Shown piece after piece: positions 1 through 14,814 of a stretch of 64,000 nucleotides of DNA. Made by a program: the position numbers and the translations under genes. The DNA is taken from assembly GCF_000497125.1 (NCBI RefSeq), contig NC_090603.1, forward strand, positions 558,001 to 622,000, in the 5' to 3' direction. The number at the start of each line of letters is the position of its first letter. The stretch's first letter is position 1. Source of the DNA: Spironucleus salmonicida (Eukaryota). Under the pieces are notes generated by a model, which was not told where the DNA came from, ran no database searches, and worked only from the letters and a program-made list of their open reading frames with translations.

Positions 1-334
1 GAATAATAAGGCTGCTGGGGGTGATAATGCTACAATTTGTCTTATTGAGGGTGCAGGGCATGAAGACGTTGGGTATTACTATTTGTAGGATTTGGTTAAT
101 GGGATTGTAAAATTTCTTGGTGACTTGGAGATTGAAATAGGAGACTGGAGCGTCGAAAATCGATGGAAAAAACGGGATGGTGAGGAGGAAGAGAATGTGA
201 GCCAGCGAATGAGATTTATATGATTTTTATAATTAAAAGATAATATTTGTCAAATTAATTAAACTAGTTTTATATAGCTTTAATATGAGATACTGAACAA
301 TGTATTAACTATAAAATATCGAACTCACATTCAT
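1..334 (-). CDS. hypothetical protein, 5' part (runs off the window edge)
   Basis: Table-6 frame open from ATG at 334 (overlapping the TGA of the upstream giant gene as ATGA) to position 1: MNVSSIFYSQYIVQYLILKLYK...; no recognisable motif, and other frames are also partly open. Confidence 0.3.
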
Positions 335-3300
335 AAGAATCCCTCATTTTCTTCTTCTGCATCGTGCGTTTAAATGATTTCAATTAATTTTTGCTTAACA
401 CCTCTAAGTTTTTAAGTTTAAAATTAGTATCCTATTCGTAACCACTGCCCAACCTTATCAGTTCCGTCATCTTGCACAAAATTTCCCATCAGACTTTACT
501 CAGTAAATAATTCTGTAATATAGCTTGCTAATACCTCACTTCTTGTCATTTAAAGCCATTTCATTAATTTCCTAACACTAACTATATGTATTCCAATTTT
601 AATAAGCTACGTTTGTTAGTTAAGTAAAGCGCTAAAGAACACGAAATTAAATCCTCTTTAATCAAATTATAGCTTTGGTTTCTAAAGTTACAACACGGAT
701 CCTACGTCACATATAACTGCTAAAGTCGTTACGGTTGTATTTTTCGAAAGGAAGAACTTGTTTGGTAAAATTATGTCAAAAGGTGTAGTAAAATTTTGCT
801 CTAAAGTAGATAGGACTTACACCAATCCCATGTTTTTATTGTAAATAGCATAAAACAATGCACAAAATCCATTAATAATTACATTGGTGGAAGATCTAAT
901 ATCATATTTCATCTTCATATCATTTATATTTTTAATAATAAACTTGTTATCCTCAGCTAGTACAGCATCAAAATAATGATCTTCAACAGTACTTTCTTAA
1001 CATATCTTATACTCTTAAACCATGAATTTATTTTTTAAAACCTCTTAAATATCACAAATATCGCTATGCAAATGTTGATTAACAATATTTTCATATTATT
1101 TTTTAATATCTCCTTTGAAGTATTTTTGGCCTAAAGTATAGATTTTTGGATTACTATTATACTTATAACAAAATTCAAGGCCCTTAAGCATGAGAGGGGA
1201 TCCAACAATATTACTCTGAAATATCCAATTAACTAATGTTTCAGATGTTTAATTAACACTAATAATTTCTAAATAGCTTACCAAACCAGTAATAAAATTT
1301 TAACTATTGTATTTATAAAGTAGAGAAATAAAATTATTTTTAAGGTTATTCATCATTTGATCAAAGTTTCTAGGATAATAATCAGCGATAATCCAATAAA
1401 TAAGAATATCTTGTGTCAATAATTATTAGTAAATTTTTTTAGTGGATAAGAAATCAATATATTTATCAAATTTACATAAAATTGCTAGCTATGCTGTTGT
1501 AGTTCCTTTCTTGATATAAAATGTATTTTCCTCTGTTATAATAATATTATTATATTAGACTGGAATGTCAAATTCTACAGAAGATAAAAACATTGCAATA
1601 TCTAATTCCTTTGATACAATAGAATAATGTAAACCCGTAAAACCTTTAAATTGTGAATGAAAATAGCTAGAATCTCTATCGTCGATTGATGTTAATTAAT
1701 TAATCTACTAAACTACATCTAATTCACCATTTTTGCATGCATTATACCAAATACTTTCAATAATTTCCACTTATCTGGGTATAATATCTTGCTACTATAT
1801 AACTAATACAGCCTCATCAGTCTATATTTTCAACAATTGAGCGTTAGATGATTAAAGAAATTACTAGTATTTTTTGTTAAATGCTTATGATTAATAAGCC
1901 TCAATCAGCGTATTCTCATATTAATTTAAATTCTAAAATGCGTATTCTTCTATTTATTTGTACATTTGCTATATATATCTTTATGCTTCGTTTTAGACTT
2001 CTACTGGCGGAAAATCATTAGCCCCATAGAGTAAGCTTTACCTTATAAATTCCAACCTCAAAGTGCTTATTTTGTAAATATACTTCAAAACGCGGTGATT
2101 GCTGCTCAGCATCCAATACTTATAAGAGGACTATATGATCTCGGTTGTAAATGTAAAATTGTCTGCTATGAACTCGCTAAACGTTCCAGTTTAATTGAAA
2201 ATGTCCAAGTATGACATGCCGTATTTGTTGAGTTATTTGACATCGATCTGATTAAATGCCTTCTGCATAACCAAATCCAGTATATCCTAGCGCCGCACGA
2301 TACATGCAATCTGCGCGGCGTTGGAAGCAGCGGGAACCAGATAATACTCTTTGTCGACAACGACGATTTGGTCACATTTTGTCAGAACCAGGCATTCATG
2401 CTTAGCCAGGGCGGAAACTATGTCCCCAAACCCGTAAACTACAGCATAGTGCAGCGCGCAAAACCCGAAATAAATACTGTGGCGCTAGCTGGTCTACCGG
2501 AGGTCGGAAACCTTTGAAAATTGCTGGAATTGAATCAGCACGTTGTCCATGCTGTTCTGTTTGATTTTTTCGAACCAGAGTGTTTGGGCCTTACTCTGCG
2601 TCGAGAAATTAATCTGGAACTTGAGAGCATCGGAGCTGAAATTCACTTCTACTAGCCATTCGCGTTTCGCCACGAAATTGCAGTCCTGCGCGATGAACTT
2701 GGGGTAGTGCTCCGAAATTGTGATTTTGGGTTAAATGTAATTCTGATATTCTTTGTAAATCACTGGCAGGAGGTGCTCTTTTCTAATGAAGTAGAACTCC
2801 TAAACGGTAAAATTTTAGATTTTCTGAAGCTCTGCGAAGTGCACATTTAGGCGTCCAATTTGTGTATTTATAAACTGATGGATTTCGAAAATAAGTGATA
2901 TGCTGATTTATTTTCGGAGAGAAAGACGCTATGATAGCTGCGTGAGAGAGAGGTTTTCGACATACGTTTGTGGCAGTCTGTAAAGTACAATCTGGTACGC
3001 AAGCTCCTTACTAAGCTGCTCAGTTATCTTAAAATATCGTTTGAATGATTCGTGATTTCCAAACTTGATGGATACAGCCAAAACTCTCTTGATTTACTCG
3101 TAATTCTTGGACTAGAACAACTGAGTGAATTCCGCTTAAATAAGTGAAATTGGAAGAAATTGTTGTGTTATTGCAGCTAGAAAAACGAGCGGTAAATCAA
3201 AAACTGGTAGATTTGATTTGCACTATATCAGTTTATCCTCCTCTTATATCCTATCGGCATTAAGCACAATTTAAAAATATTCGTACATGTAAAATGATAT

Positions 3301-6300
3301 ACAGAAGTTGATCAAATCTTAATTTCCTGTTAGTAGCGCAATATGGAGCACCGATGAGCCTTTTGGCATGAACTGAATTCCGAACTAACTAGGCAGATAT
3401 GTGTCAGATTTAGTAACCGCATTTTATTGCCCCTTGATGAAGAATTTAACCAAATTGAATTTGCCCAAAAAGCAGCAGTAATGAATTTGCGAGAACCCCT
3501 TATAAATATTGAAAATCAAGTTTGTATCGCGCTCTTCGTAATTAATCTGTTTAGGCTTCATCGTCTAAATTATCTCATTTTGTGGTGTGAACTTCAGCTT
3601 TCCGACCCAGCGTAGTTTCCCTGTCTCATCAGTATTATTTACAACGATTTAGCTGTAAATGCTGTCGTCCACAAAGTTGTCGTTCTTGTAAATAACGTCC
3701 AAATCGATTTTCTGGCCCTAAACACGCTGGAAAAGTGCTTGTTTCTCGTCAAAAAGTTCCTGATCATAAAAATAGTACGCAAACAGCCGATCTCTAATTT
3801 CGGGTTTCTGGGCGAGCTTGAAGTTGAAAATAACGGATTATTGGGTCAGATTTTCGACGAATTTTCGGTTTTTCTCGCTCAAATTTTGCGCAAAATCGAT
3901 CGTGCAGACGCCGTCGAAACGTTGAATTAGCACGTAATAGAGCTGCTCCAAAAACTGCGTCCCGGACGCGAATTTTGTCAGAAAGAGCTCCAAAAGGTCG
4001 ATAATTTCGTCGTTTTGGCTGCTGATTAGAAGGTAGATCGCAGACTTTTTGAGCGGGAAACTGTCCGTGAAAACGTTCAGAAACGAGAGCTCGTTGGCCA
4101 TAATTTGCGGAATTTTGAACGCCGGCGCGAACTCGCAAATCGCTGCAATCGAGAGCAAAATCTGCTGCTTCTGATGCTAAAACTGCAATTTTGAGAATTT
4201 TTCGTCAATTTTGAGCTAATTGGCAAAGAAGTGGAAAACCGAATTTGATTTGAAAATTATTGCTGCCAAAAGAAGCGAAAAGGAGCCGTTGAAAATCAAG
4301 TATTCGAAACCCGTAAAAACGGCTATTTGGTAGTCAAAAGTAGCGTATTTCTACTATGGGAAGAGCTGCTTCACCAGCGCCAAGTTATTCGCGTAAACGG
4401 CGTATAAAAGCGGCGTAAAACCGTTGAAAATCGACCGAAAATCGGTCGCGCGCCGGTCAATTTAGGAGTGAAAAATCGAATTAGAAGTCAAATTCGAACT
4501 TCCCAAAACGATGCTATTGAAGTAATTGGACAGATCGAGCGGCTGAATCACGTTGTTGTAGAACGCCAAATTCGGCGTTTTGAGCTGCCGCGCGACGCGG
4601 AACGCCTCGCCCTCGCGAAACGCGCAGTAGCACGGCCCGCGCAGCTCGCGAAGCTGCGCTTCGGATTCCTGGCAGATTTCGGCGTTCAGCGCGTCCTGCG
4701 AGAGCGCGAAATCGCTGTTCAGGAGCACCAGATTGCACTGCTTGTAGAACTCCTTGAACTTGCCCAAAACGGCGCTTTTGGAGCGCAAATTCGACAGAAT
4801 GAACTCGAATTTCGCGCTGTGAATTTCTGCGATTTTCTGCAGCACCTGCCGGCAGATCTCGACGAGTTTCGGCTGCTTGCGCTGGAACACGTCGAAAACG
4901 ACCGAAAACTGCGCCAAATAGTCCGTATTTTCCTGCGTCAGAACGAGCATTATGACGTTCGTGAGGTCCAGCGCCAGCGCCTCCGCGTGCGCGCAGTAGA
5001 GCCTCAGGAGCGTCGCGATCGTCTGTGCAAATTCTGGCCGAAACGGCACCAGGCAGAGCGTGTCCAGCAGCGTGTACGAGAGCGCGTTGGGGCACAGCAG
5101 GAGCTCCAGGACGTCTAGTTCCACGTTCGTTAGCTGGAAATACTGCTTGCTTTCGAAGCACTGCGCGAACCTGCCGAAATAGGTCAAAAACAGGTCGATT
5201 TTGCCGAGGACGAGCAGCAGCTGCAGCACGGAGGAGCCCTCTGGGAAGACGATGCCAGCGTCTGGTGAAATTCCGGGCGCGCTGAGCAGGATGTTGGATT
5301 TCGTTTTGTAGAGGAACTGAGCGTCGAAAATGAGCTTCAGGTTGTGGGGCGAGTCCAGTAGCGCCGCGTAGTGCACAGGGTAGAATCCGTTAAAAACGCG
5401 GTTTGCATAGTCCGTGGCGCGCGAATCGGCTCTGGTCTGCAAGATCGCACCCTTCTCGAGCTGGTACCGGAGGATGCTGTTTACCTCCTCAGCGAAGGCG
5501 ATATCGTTGAAAATCGGGACCTTGTCGACCCCAAATTGAGCCTAAAGCCGTTTCCCGACAGTCTGGGGATACAACGGGAAAACGTACCCAAACGCCTCCG
5601 GGAAGTCTATTAGATGCCTGTCCCACTCCGAATTTACAATTTTAAAGGCTTCGCCGGTCTGCTCCCCGTAGGAATCGTTCCACTCCAATTGCTGATCCAG
5701 CGATTCGATCTCGCCGACGCCGACGACTTCTGCCAAAAGCGAGTTTTTCTTGTTTTCGTAGCTGCGCAGAATCTCCGCCTGCTACTTTTGGAGCCTGATC
5801 TGCTGCTGCAAAAACGGCTCAAATTGCTGGCCGAAAAGCTGCTTCAACAGATCGCGCCAAAACTCGTCATTGTAGAGAAAGGTGTCCACCAAAAAATTTA
5901 CAGTGTGCTGCGTCAGGTCCTTAATGATTTCGGTTGCTGCCTGGCTCTGGCAGACTTCGATCATGCTGTTCAATTTCTCGTCTCTTAGCAAGCACATTCG
6001 CATGATTTCTACCGCAAAATCCACTCGAATGATTAGCTTTTTCCACTTAAATAGCATGTGGACGTTATTGTACTTTAAGCTTTTCATTAGTATGCACTCG
6101 CCCCCGGTTTCCTTATAGAGCTCATGTCGCAAGAACTCTTCGTCGTCCAGAACCTGCTTGCTGGCCTAGCCTTTGGCCTTCATTGATATTTCAAAAGTAT
6201 TGTCACCTTCATCGTTTTGATCTGAGATATATTTGTATCTTTTCGCGTTTTGCAATAAATAAGATACGCAATTTTCAGCATTCACAATGACTGCAAGTTG

Positions 6301-7584
6301 TAGTAAATTTGACATTTTTGGAATAGTAGTTGGGCCAAATTAGGTATCAAGTTACATAGTTGTGGGGATTGGTACCTGATATTCATCGTCTGAAACAGCT
6401 ATTAGTTACTCTACTTGATCGTTAATGACAGCTATCTGCGATGCTACTAGACCATGAAACAGACCTGGATTTATATCAACAGTTCGCCTAAATTATACTC
6501 GATACTTTTTCATAAATTCTACATCTGGACAGCTAAACCAATAGTTTCTAAGTTTGTTAAATTAAACACCAAATTTGTTAGCATTTACTAATGCGAGTTC
6601 AAGTTTTATTCTAAGTTTCTATCGATATTATAAATGTTGAATTTCATCTTGAATATTCTTTTATTATTCATTTAGGTTTATATTTTTTTCAATATCTTCT
6701 TCCTCTCTCAAAATCATATCAATATTTTTAGTTTACTTTTAAAAATTTTCAACAATAATATCGTTATCGGAACGCATTCTATTTGTTCCAAACTAGCTTT
6801 CAATTTCTATTCCTTTCCACATTCTGCTAATATCTTCAAAATCTATATCTCTAGTTAATACTATATAATCTAAGACTTGCTAAATTAATTAATAAAATAA
6901 TTCAGCACACTTTATTTTGTTTTATATTGAAGTATTGAATTTTTCATATTTCATAGGTTCTAGTGCAATATCCACTAAAGTTTTCTCATTATTTAATGAC
7001 AATCCAGCCTGCCTATATATTAATTTTCTAAGAATTTCGCTAGTTCCTGAATTAATCTTTTCTACTAACCAGTTTAACGCTTTATATTACCCAAAATATG
7101 CAATAATAGATAAAACTGAACTTTCTCCTATCTCAGTCAAAGGAAGTTCGTCTAATAAAATTTCTTCGGATGAAAACACTTCAAACCCAGTTACACTTGA
7201 ACTACATAAAGCTGCAAAAGATGCGGCAGTCATACCATATGCATTTCTTTGACCAATCTATTCTTTAACTAACATTCCAGCAGCCTCTCCAGCATTTCTG
7301 AGTATAGCTAATTAAAGAGCCGTAGATCCTTAACCTAAAGTGTACTTAGTATTAGGAGATAAAGAAAGTGCTTAAATAACGATATCAGTTTCGGTTCTTA
7401 GATGCGACTCCATTGTTTTCAAGAAATTAATGCATTTTCTACTATTTTCATGAGCAGCAAATAGCAAAGACGATAAATTTGGAGGATTTGTTGACCTAGA
7501 ATTCTTATATTTTGGGTAGTTTTTTAAAACAAATGCGATATCATCTTTCTTTATGGCTTCAAAATACTCATGATTAGATCTCAT
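331..7584 (-). CDS. giant (2417 aa) protein with about 8 tandem divergent ankyrin-like modules (Protein 21.1-like superfamily)
   Basis: Single table-6 frame, checked by eye for in-frame TGA; joins track ORFs 7372-7584, 5782-6132, 5542-5736, 4462-5442 and 3838-4158. Recurrent motifs FNGFYPVHYA, YKGFSQIHYC, YFGFCALHYA, FKGFTGLHYS, INGFCALFYA; ends ...AEEENEGFL*. Confidence 0.85.
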
Positions 7585-7675
7585 TTTTATAAGATATATA
7601 CTATCAAAAGTTTAATAATAATAACAATAATAAAAAAATTTATAATATACATCTAATATTTGTTTATAATAATAT

Positions 7676-7732
7676 TAAATATACAGAATATTATATAAAA
7701 TTTTCAAATTTATATAATATTCTGTATATTTA
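7676..7732. repeat. perfect inverted repeat (24-bp arms, 9-nt loop) in the divergent intergenic region
   Basis: taaatatacagaatattatataaa (7676-7699) is the exact reverse complement of tttatataatattctgtatattta (7709-7732). Confidence 0.95.
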
Positions 7733-7749
7733 TAATACTTTGTAAAAAT

Positions 7750-10700
7750 ATGAATAGGTTAGTAAAACTATTAAAATAGGATAAATTGAAACCTTTACAA
7801 TCAAAGATTAAGAAATATATAAATTTAATTGATTAAAATTAATATAACATACTATAGATGTCGATATTTTATAATTCATTTAATTGTTTTTAATATCTAC
7901 AATCATATGCTGCAAATTAGATTATATTTTAAGATTGTCTGTATAAAGGTCATTAGATAACAGAGCATACATCTTTATTTATTTTTGCTATATTATCCTA
8001 AAATATATTTATGATTCACTAAACAACATAGCAGCGATTCCCATCAGATATAATACCATTATAAATAAGTTTTACTCAAAGCTAATAAATTTATAATATT
8101 ATTTGGCAAGATGAAGATTTTGTAAAGAAGGAAATTCTTCTATGTCCAGATATGATTTTGCTAATATCTAAACATAGTGATTTTTCAGCTTATGATAAAA
8201 TAATTTCATATTGTCAGTAATCAGATATTATAAAATAACATATTTACAAGCTACTTATTGAATTTGGAAGAATATTTATAGATTCATAAGAAATTTCATC
8301 ATTACTGTTTAATAAAATAAATGATATATTAGAAAAAACTGTTCTTTAAAAATACGATTTTTGTGATTAATTATTAAATATTTGGGGATGTTAGCGCGTG
8401 GAAACTAAATTTGGTCTATTAGAGCTTAAAATTATTGAGTATGCTACAATGGCATAATATAAAAAGTTAACAGAAATAACAGGAGATGGGAATACAATTG
8501 ATGGAAAATATGCATTAATTTTAAAGGATATTAATTACATAAAACACAGAATTAAGTTGAGGCAAATAATTGATAAGAGTTCTGCTAAAGCATCCGAATT
8601 AGGATAAATACTTAGAAATAATCTTAAAAAATGGTTTTCTTGTACAGATATTTAATTTACCATTGAGTAGTTACATATTCTCAAAAGAAATATTAATAGA
8701 GACAAAGGTATATATAACTGTTTAACGCTGTCATAAATATGTGTTTTAGAAGATAATTTAGAGATTTTAAAAGTAGTTATTAGCTCGGAATATCACCTTA
8801 ATTTACTAATGACTATTGTTACCCCTACTAAATTTGGAGATACTATTATCCCTAAAGGCTCAAATTTATTATAATTAGGAGTAATTCTTAATAGTAAAAA
8901 ATGCTTACCATATTTAATGCAAAAGGGGGGCGAATTTAATTACATTAATCAAAAATCAGCAGAAGGAGAAACGATTTTTGGATTGAGTATGAGAACAAAA
9001 GATAAGTCATCTGCTGTTATAGATGACGAATAATTTTTGGCTAATGAATTAAAGAATAACGAAATTACAGGAGATAATATTTTAATTAAAAGTTTGTAGT
9101 ATAACAATATCCATATGTTACTTAAATGGGAAAAATTGATATTAAGAGTAGACTTCACATTAGAAATAATGAGAAAAGTTATGCTTAAAAATAAAGATTA
9201 CCATGCTATGATCGATTTATGTCAATCAGAAGAAGCAGTTAGAGTAACAAAACGCTTAACTACTCAAAGTATAGCATTTATTGTAGATAATTATCTATTT
9301 AATGATTAATATTGGAGAAAAATTTTAACTGATTTTTTTGATGAAAGTTTAGAAGATTATTTATCATTCAAAAATAAAGAAATATCAGGACAGCTTAAGC
9401 TCCTATAAGACTATGAATATAATAAATATAGTTTAATGGCAGAAATAGTCCCGTTGCCAAAAATAATTGAAAATAAAAATTATTCAAATAGTACTAAGAA
9501 CAATAACCTTACAATCACGTTCCCTTCTAAAATTAATGAGTAGTTTTTATACTAAACTTATAAAATTTTCAATTTAGAATTATAAAGCTAATTAGATTTT
9601 ATTATAACACTATCTTAAGACGTAGTATAAATATTTGATGACATAATTTTTAAAGGTGCAATGAAAATTATAAATAATATGATTATAGAGAAAAATTTTA
9701 ATATTCCTATTAAGCCAGATACTAGAGCTACTGATTATGAAAATGGAATTTATAATGGATTTTATCCAGTGCATTATGTAATTTTGTAACCATAAAATAA
9801 GAATTTGAAGCAAATATTAGAATTTTAAATACTAGCTAAGACTAAATCATATATCGTGATAAGTTATAATAAGACTAATGGTATATTACTGCCTCCTAAT
9901 ACTTCAACCCTTCAAATGTTGCTGATTTGTGGGAAATTTACTTATTTTTATGTCTAATTTGAAAATGTATTATCAAAGCTGAAAAATAAAAAACTTCCAG
10001 AGTTAACTACTCTGGATTAATAATACTTAGAGATACTTATAGAACCAAATTTAAGCGGTAATTCGTTATTAGATTATCTACTATTAGCTGAATTTTAAGA
10101 ATAATTTCTTGGTGTATATCAAAAGTTATAACGTTTGTATTATCAATTAAGCGATATAACTAAAATTAACATAAAAAATTAGCTAGAAATTATAATTTTT
10201 AATAATAGATTTTCTTTTATAAAGCATATATCTGATTTATTTAATATTTTTGAATAGAAACCTGATTAACTAGTTATTTTTGCAAAATAAATAATTATAT
10301 GCTTATAATAAGAATCAATTATGAACCAACTTAAATAGTTAGAAAAATCTGATTAAGGAAAATGTAACAATTTGTATTGTTAAGCATTTACTATTTTAAT
10401 ATTATTTAATGAAATAATAGGTGATGATATAAAAGACAAAGAAACTGAAATATATATAAAAAGTGTTATTAATTTTTCTTAATTTCCTAATTACTTAACT
10501 AAATTTCAATCTAATTTCGTAATCACGTAAGTAATAGAAAACTAAGCAGATTAATAATTTTTAGATATCATTGTATAAAATTAGTTTACTTCTAAATTAT
10601 TTGATTCTATAGTTAAAGGAGATACATTTTATGTTTTACAACATTATTAACAAATTGGATTATAAATTGATTAGAGGTAAACAAATTTTGAAACTATTTT

Positions 10701-13700
10701 TAATGGTTTTAATGCATTAGCATATGCTATTTTATTTAGTCATTTTGAACTAGTAACTTTTCTATTCTAATTTGAATCTAATTATGTATTTTCAAAATAA
10801 ATATGTATTTTTGCAAAGGATTCTTATTTAGTATTCAATAATAATTGTACTTATTTAGCATTAGCAATATTGGCATAGTCTGTATAAATTTTTGACTATT
10901 TATTACAATAACCAATTATTTTATAATAAATTATAGATTAAAAGATTAGTTATGCAGAAAGCATGACTTTAACTAGATTAGCAGCATATTGTAATTTTAA
11001 TCATATTTTTACTATTAAAATTATTTTATAGACAGAGTTGCTATATAACAGATAATTTGTATTAAAATATCCATATATCCCTAGCTTCCTTTTTGAATTA
11101 GGAAAAAATAGCAATATGAAAGGATTTAGATTGGTATATGAATTTGTTGATAAATATGGATCTCAGGGGTAATATTTAGATTAATTATATTATGGATTCA
11201 TTTAAAGAATAAATGGTTACTCATTAATTGATTATTTATGTTAATTAAATTAGGAAAAATTAGAACTATTATAAAACTTATCGTAATAAGCGTTACTATT
11301 TCTTTTTAAAGAATAGGAGATTAGGTAGTAAGTTAAAATACTATTGTCTGGATATTATTTCTATGATGATGATATATTTGATGATAAAATGAAACTATAT
11401 AAACAATTTTAAAATATGTAGTTTGATATTCCAATGATATAACAAGCTGATAATATTGTTCCTAGGTAAATGTATTGTAAAATTAGTCCAAATTCAAATG
11501 ATAATTATGATTCATAATGGATTACAACACTTAAGTATGATGAAACTCGTATAATTATGACAAAGATTCTTTCATATGATATTAAATTTGAAGAGCGTGA
11601 AACGAATTTAGTATTTAATATTCACAAAGGTTTTGCAGCCATTCATTATGCTATTCTATTTAATCGTAGAGATGTGGTAAAGTTATTTTTAAAAGATTAA
11701 GGTAACTTGTTTACATAATACGATACTTTCTTGTAAGGAAAAGAGAACTTGCTTTTTCTTCCAAAAAACTCATCCCCACTACATATATCAATATTATTGG
11801 AATTAACAGATATTTCTAATTTTCTTGTTTCATTTTATTAATTTGAATGGTTTGATATGGTTATAAATTCCGAAACACTTGAGAAAGAAGATACATCATT
11901 TTTGATAGAGAAAATAAATATGCCTGTATTTAAATTACCAATTATTAAAGCTGCTGCTATTGGAAATGCTTATATCACAAATTAGTATATATTAACTGAA
12001 ATTGATTATTTAGTGAAGAATAATTAAGATATACAGATTGGAAATAGTCTTGCAATATGTTGTAAAAATGGAAATTTAAAATATTTTAAGAGGTTATATA
12101 AACTAGTTGAATAATACGACAGAAAGCTAGCATTTTCTTGTTTAATGCGTCGTTATCCCTCTAATTATATTGAAAATCTTAGTTTGATTTAAATTACACA
12201 AAGACTTACAGTTTATAGAAATATAAATATAAATTATATTTGGGAAATGGAAAATTTTATTTAAAACTAGATTGGTTCTTTAAATTATTATTTTACTAAA
12301 CATAAATAAATACATGATATGGATATTGACAAGTATTATTTTGTTCCAAAAGATTGTTTAGTTTAAATTTTTTATGATGATTTTAATATTTTTAATAACC
12401 CAAAGATATTTAAGACTGATACAATGTCAAATAAAGTGGCATTCGAGTAGCAGTATATATGTAAGGATGAATAAGTACGAAAAATTGTTACTGAAAAAGA
12501 TATTATGAAATTTTAGTTAAATTTTTCAAATTAGTCATTTATTAGTACAAAATGGCTAGAGGCATGTAAATTTAATAATAGCACATATATATTATCAAGT
12601 TTTTAATATGCTGTTAATTCAGTAGAATATCGCCCTACAAACTTTAAAAATGAAATATTTTTTGGGTTTTCAGGAATTCATTATACAATTTTGAAGGATA
12701 ATCTTGACATTTTTATGTCATTAGTTAAGCATGAATATCAACAAAAAACAATTGTTGATCAAGCAGTATTTCTAAATGATGTAATTTATTTTATTCCAAA
12801 AAATACAAATTTTTTGTAAATGCTATGTATACTCAGGAAATAGAATATTCTTGGAAAAGTATGTAAAACATACACTAAATTATGCATTTAAGTATAATAT
12901 AACATTTATAACCATTCAATTTTAGACTTATTTGCATTAAGTGGTTTATTTTCAGTTGAAATAGCTTAGTATTTAACATTTCCAGCAGAGAATCTAGAAA
13001 TTTATTCTCAAGCGTCAATTAGAACTGGATCATTATAATTTATTTAATATATTTATTCGCTAAAATAGTTAAAATATTAATTTTAAAGATTTTTAATAAG
13101 TGAAATTGCAAAAGACTAGTTCCCTCCTGAGGAAATTCAAAATTATGTGCACAAGTTCTTATCAAAAATTTATGATGAGTTAGAAATATATGCAATGCGT
13201 CATCCTGAAACTTTTGAATAATAATTTATTTCTTTATATGGATAAGAAACATATGTATAAATGCGTGAAAATTTTGAATAAAAAACAAATGAAAAACTAT
13301 TAAATTAGCCAATAAAGACTAAAAATTTAATTTAAAAAATCAACCCGGCAATTATAAATTAAAATTAAACAACGCAAATAGCCAGTTCCTGGTATGATGC
13401 ATGTTTTGAAAATGATTTAGAAAAAGTACGAATACTTAATAATGTAAGAACCTTTGATAAGAGGGACTCAAACCCATAATTCAACTAATATAGAGGTTGG
13501 ACGGGGCTTCATTATGCACTTTTGAGTCATGGATATAAAACAGCATTGTATTTATTATAGTTTGAGTAGCATTATACTCCTAAATTCGATAATATTGTGG
13601 TGATAGACGGATAGTATATACTAATTCCTAAAAACACCCCTATTCTGCACCTAGTAATTGCTTTCAAATTTGATCGCTTTCTTACCTTTATAGCTCCAAA

Positions 13701-14814
13701 AAATGCTTTTAAGAACTAGCTCAATTCAAACCTTTTTCAAGTTTGTGTCGCGGCTGACTATTTTCCTAACGAGCATTTTACAAACTTTTACACCTTGTCA
13801 TAGTAGAATCTTATGATGGAAATTGTAGAATTTGGAGAGATCTACGCAGGAATTTCATGTTATTTGGAAGGAATTGATGTCAATATTATAAGCCTACGAG
13901 TCATTAAATAAATATTCGAAAAACTGAACGATGCCAATGGATTGTTCACAAAAGCAGTAGAATTTTGCTGGTTGAACTGGACGAATCCATCAATTTAGAA
14001 TTTATTGAAGACTTAAAAGCACATAAACATCACCGAGCTACACTCTCAACTGATTCAAAAATAAACCCATTCGACAATTTGCGACTACTAATAAGTATAC
14101 AATAATAATTTCATCATAGAAAATTTTATACCGCAAGACACGGTAGAAAAACACGAATTTTTCGATGCTGTTATATAAAATAATATTGATAAAGTACTCG
14201 CAAATATACAAACTTATAAATAAAAGTTTGACACACGATAAACTTCCCACTCGACGATTACTGGTTTCAATGCTCTTTTTTACGCCATATATTACCATAA
14301 TATACCATTAATATTTAAAATTTTACCACTTTAACAGACGTTCACCCTCCCTTTTGACACCATTTTGCCGAACAAATTTTTTATTTCCAAAGGAGCAAAT
14401 TTGACACAAATAGCAGCTATTTCCAGTTGCAAATACGCACTTTTTGGGGCAAAAATTAGGCCAAAAATTGATTTTCGAGGGTTTAATTTTGCATTTTTTC
14501 TGGCTCAAAAAGGTATTTTTTGCGAACTTTTAGAGCGAGGTATGGAGGGAATTTCTGCGAAGAAACACGTATAATGGGTAGAAAAGACAAGAAATTTAGA
14601 CCTTGCGGAGTTGCTCGTTCGAAAATTTTCGAAAGTGGATATCTAAAAAAACCTTAAACGCGAAATGGAAAACAAATAATTTTAAAATGATAATATAAGT
14701 CAATTTATTAAATATTGCCTAACAGGAGATGAAGTTGAGGGCGTGAAAAAAGGACAATTTGGAACCGAGAAGGAGCTTATGCTCTGGATATTGCGCAGAG
14801 GACGGCTTGATTGA
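7750..14814 (+). CDS. giant (2354 aa) tandem ankyrin-like module protein, paralogue of 331-7584
   Basis: Continuous table-6 frame from ATG 7750 to TGA 14812-14814. Colinear with the minus-strand gene: MLLKWEKLILRVDFTLEIMR vs MLFKWKKLIIRVDFAVEIMR; FEERETNLVFNIHKGFAAIHYA vs YEERDTNLIFNIYKGFSQIHYC. Confidence 0.85.

Noticed and set aside
4468-5988. Plus-strand ORFs 4468-5118, 5371-5613, 5614-5988 and minus ORF 4514-5161
   Set aside because: Antisense or off-frame shadows within the continuous giant minus-strand CDS
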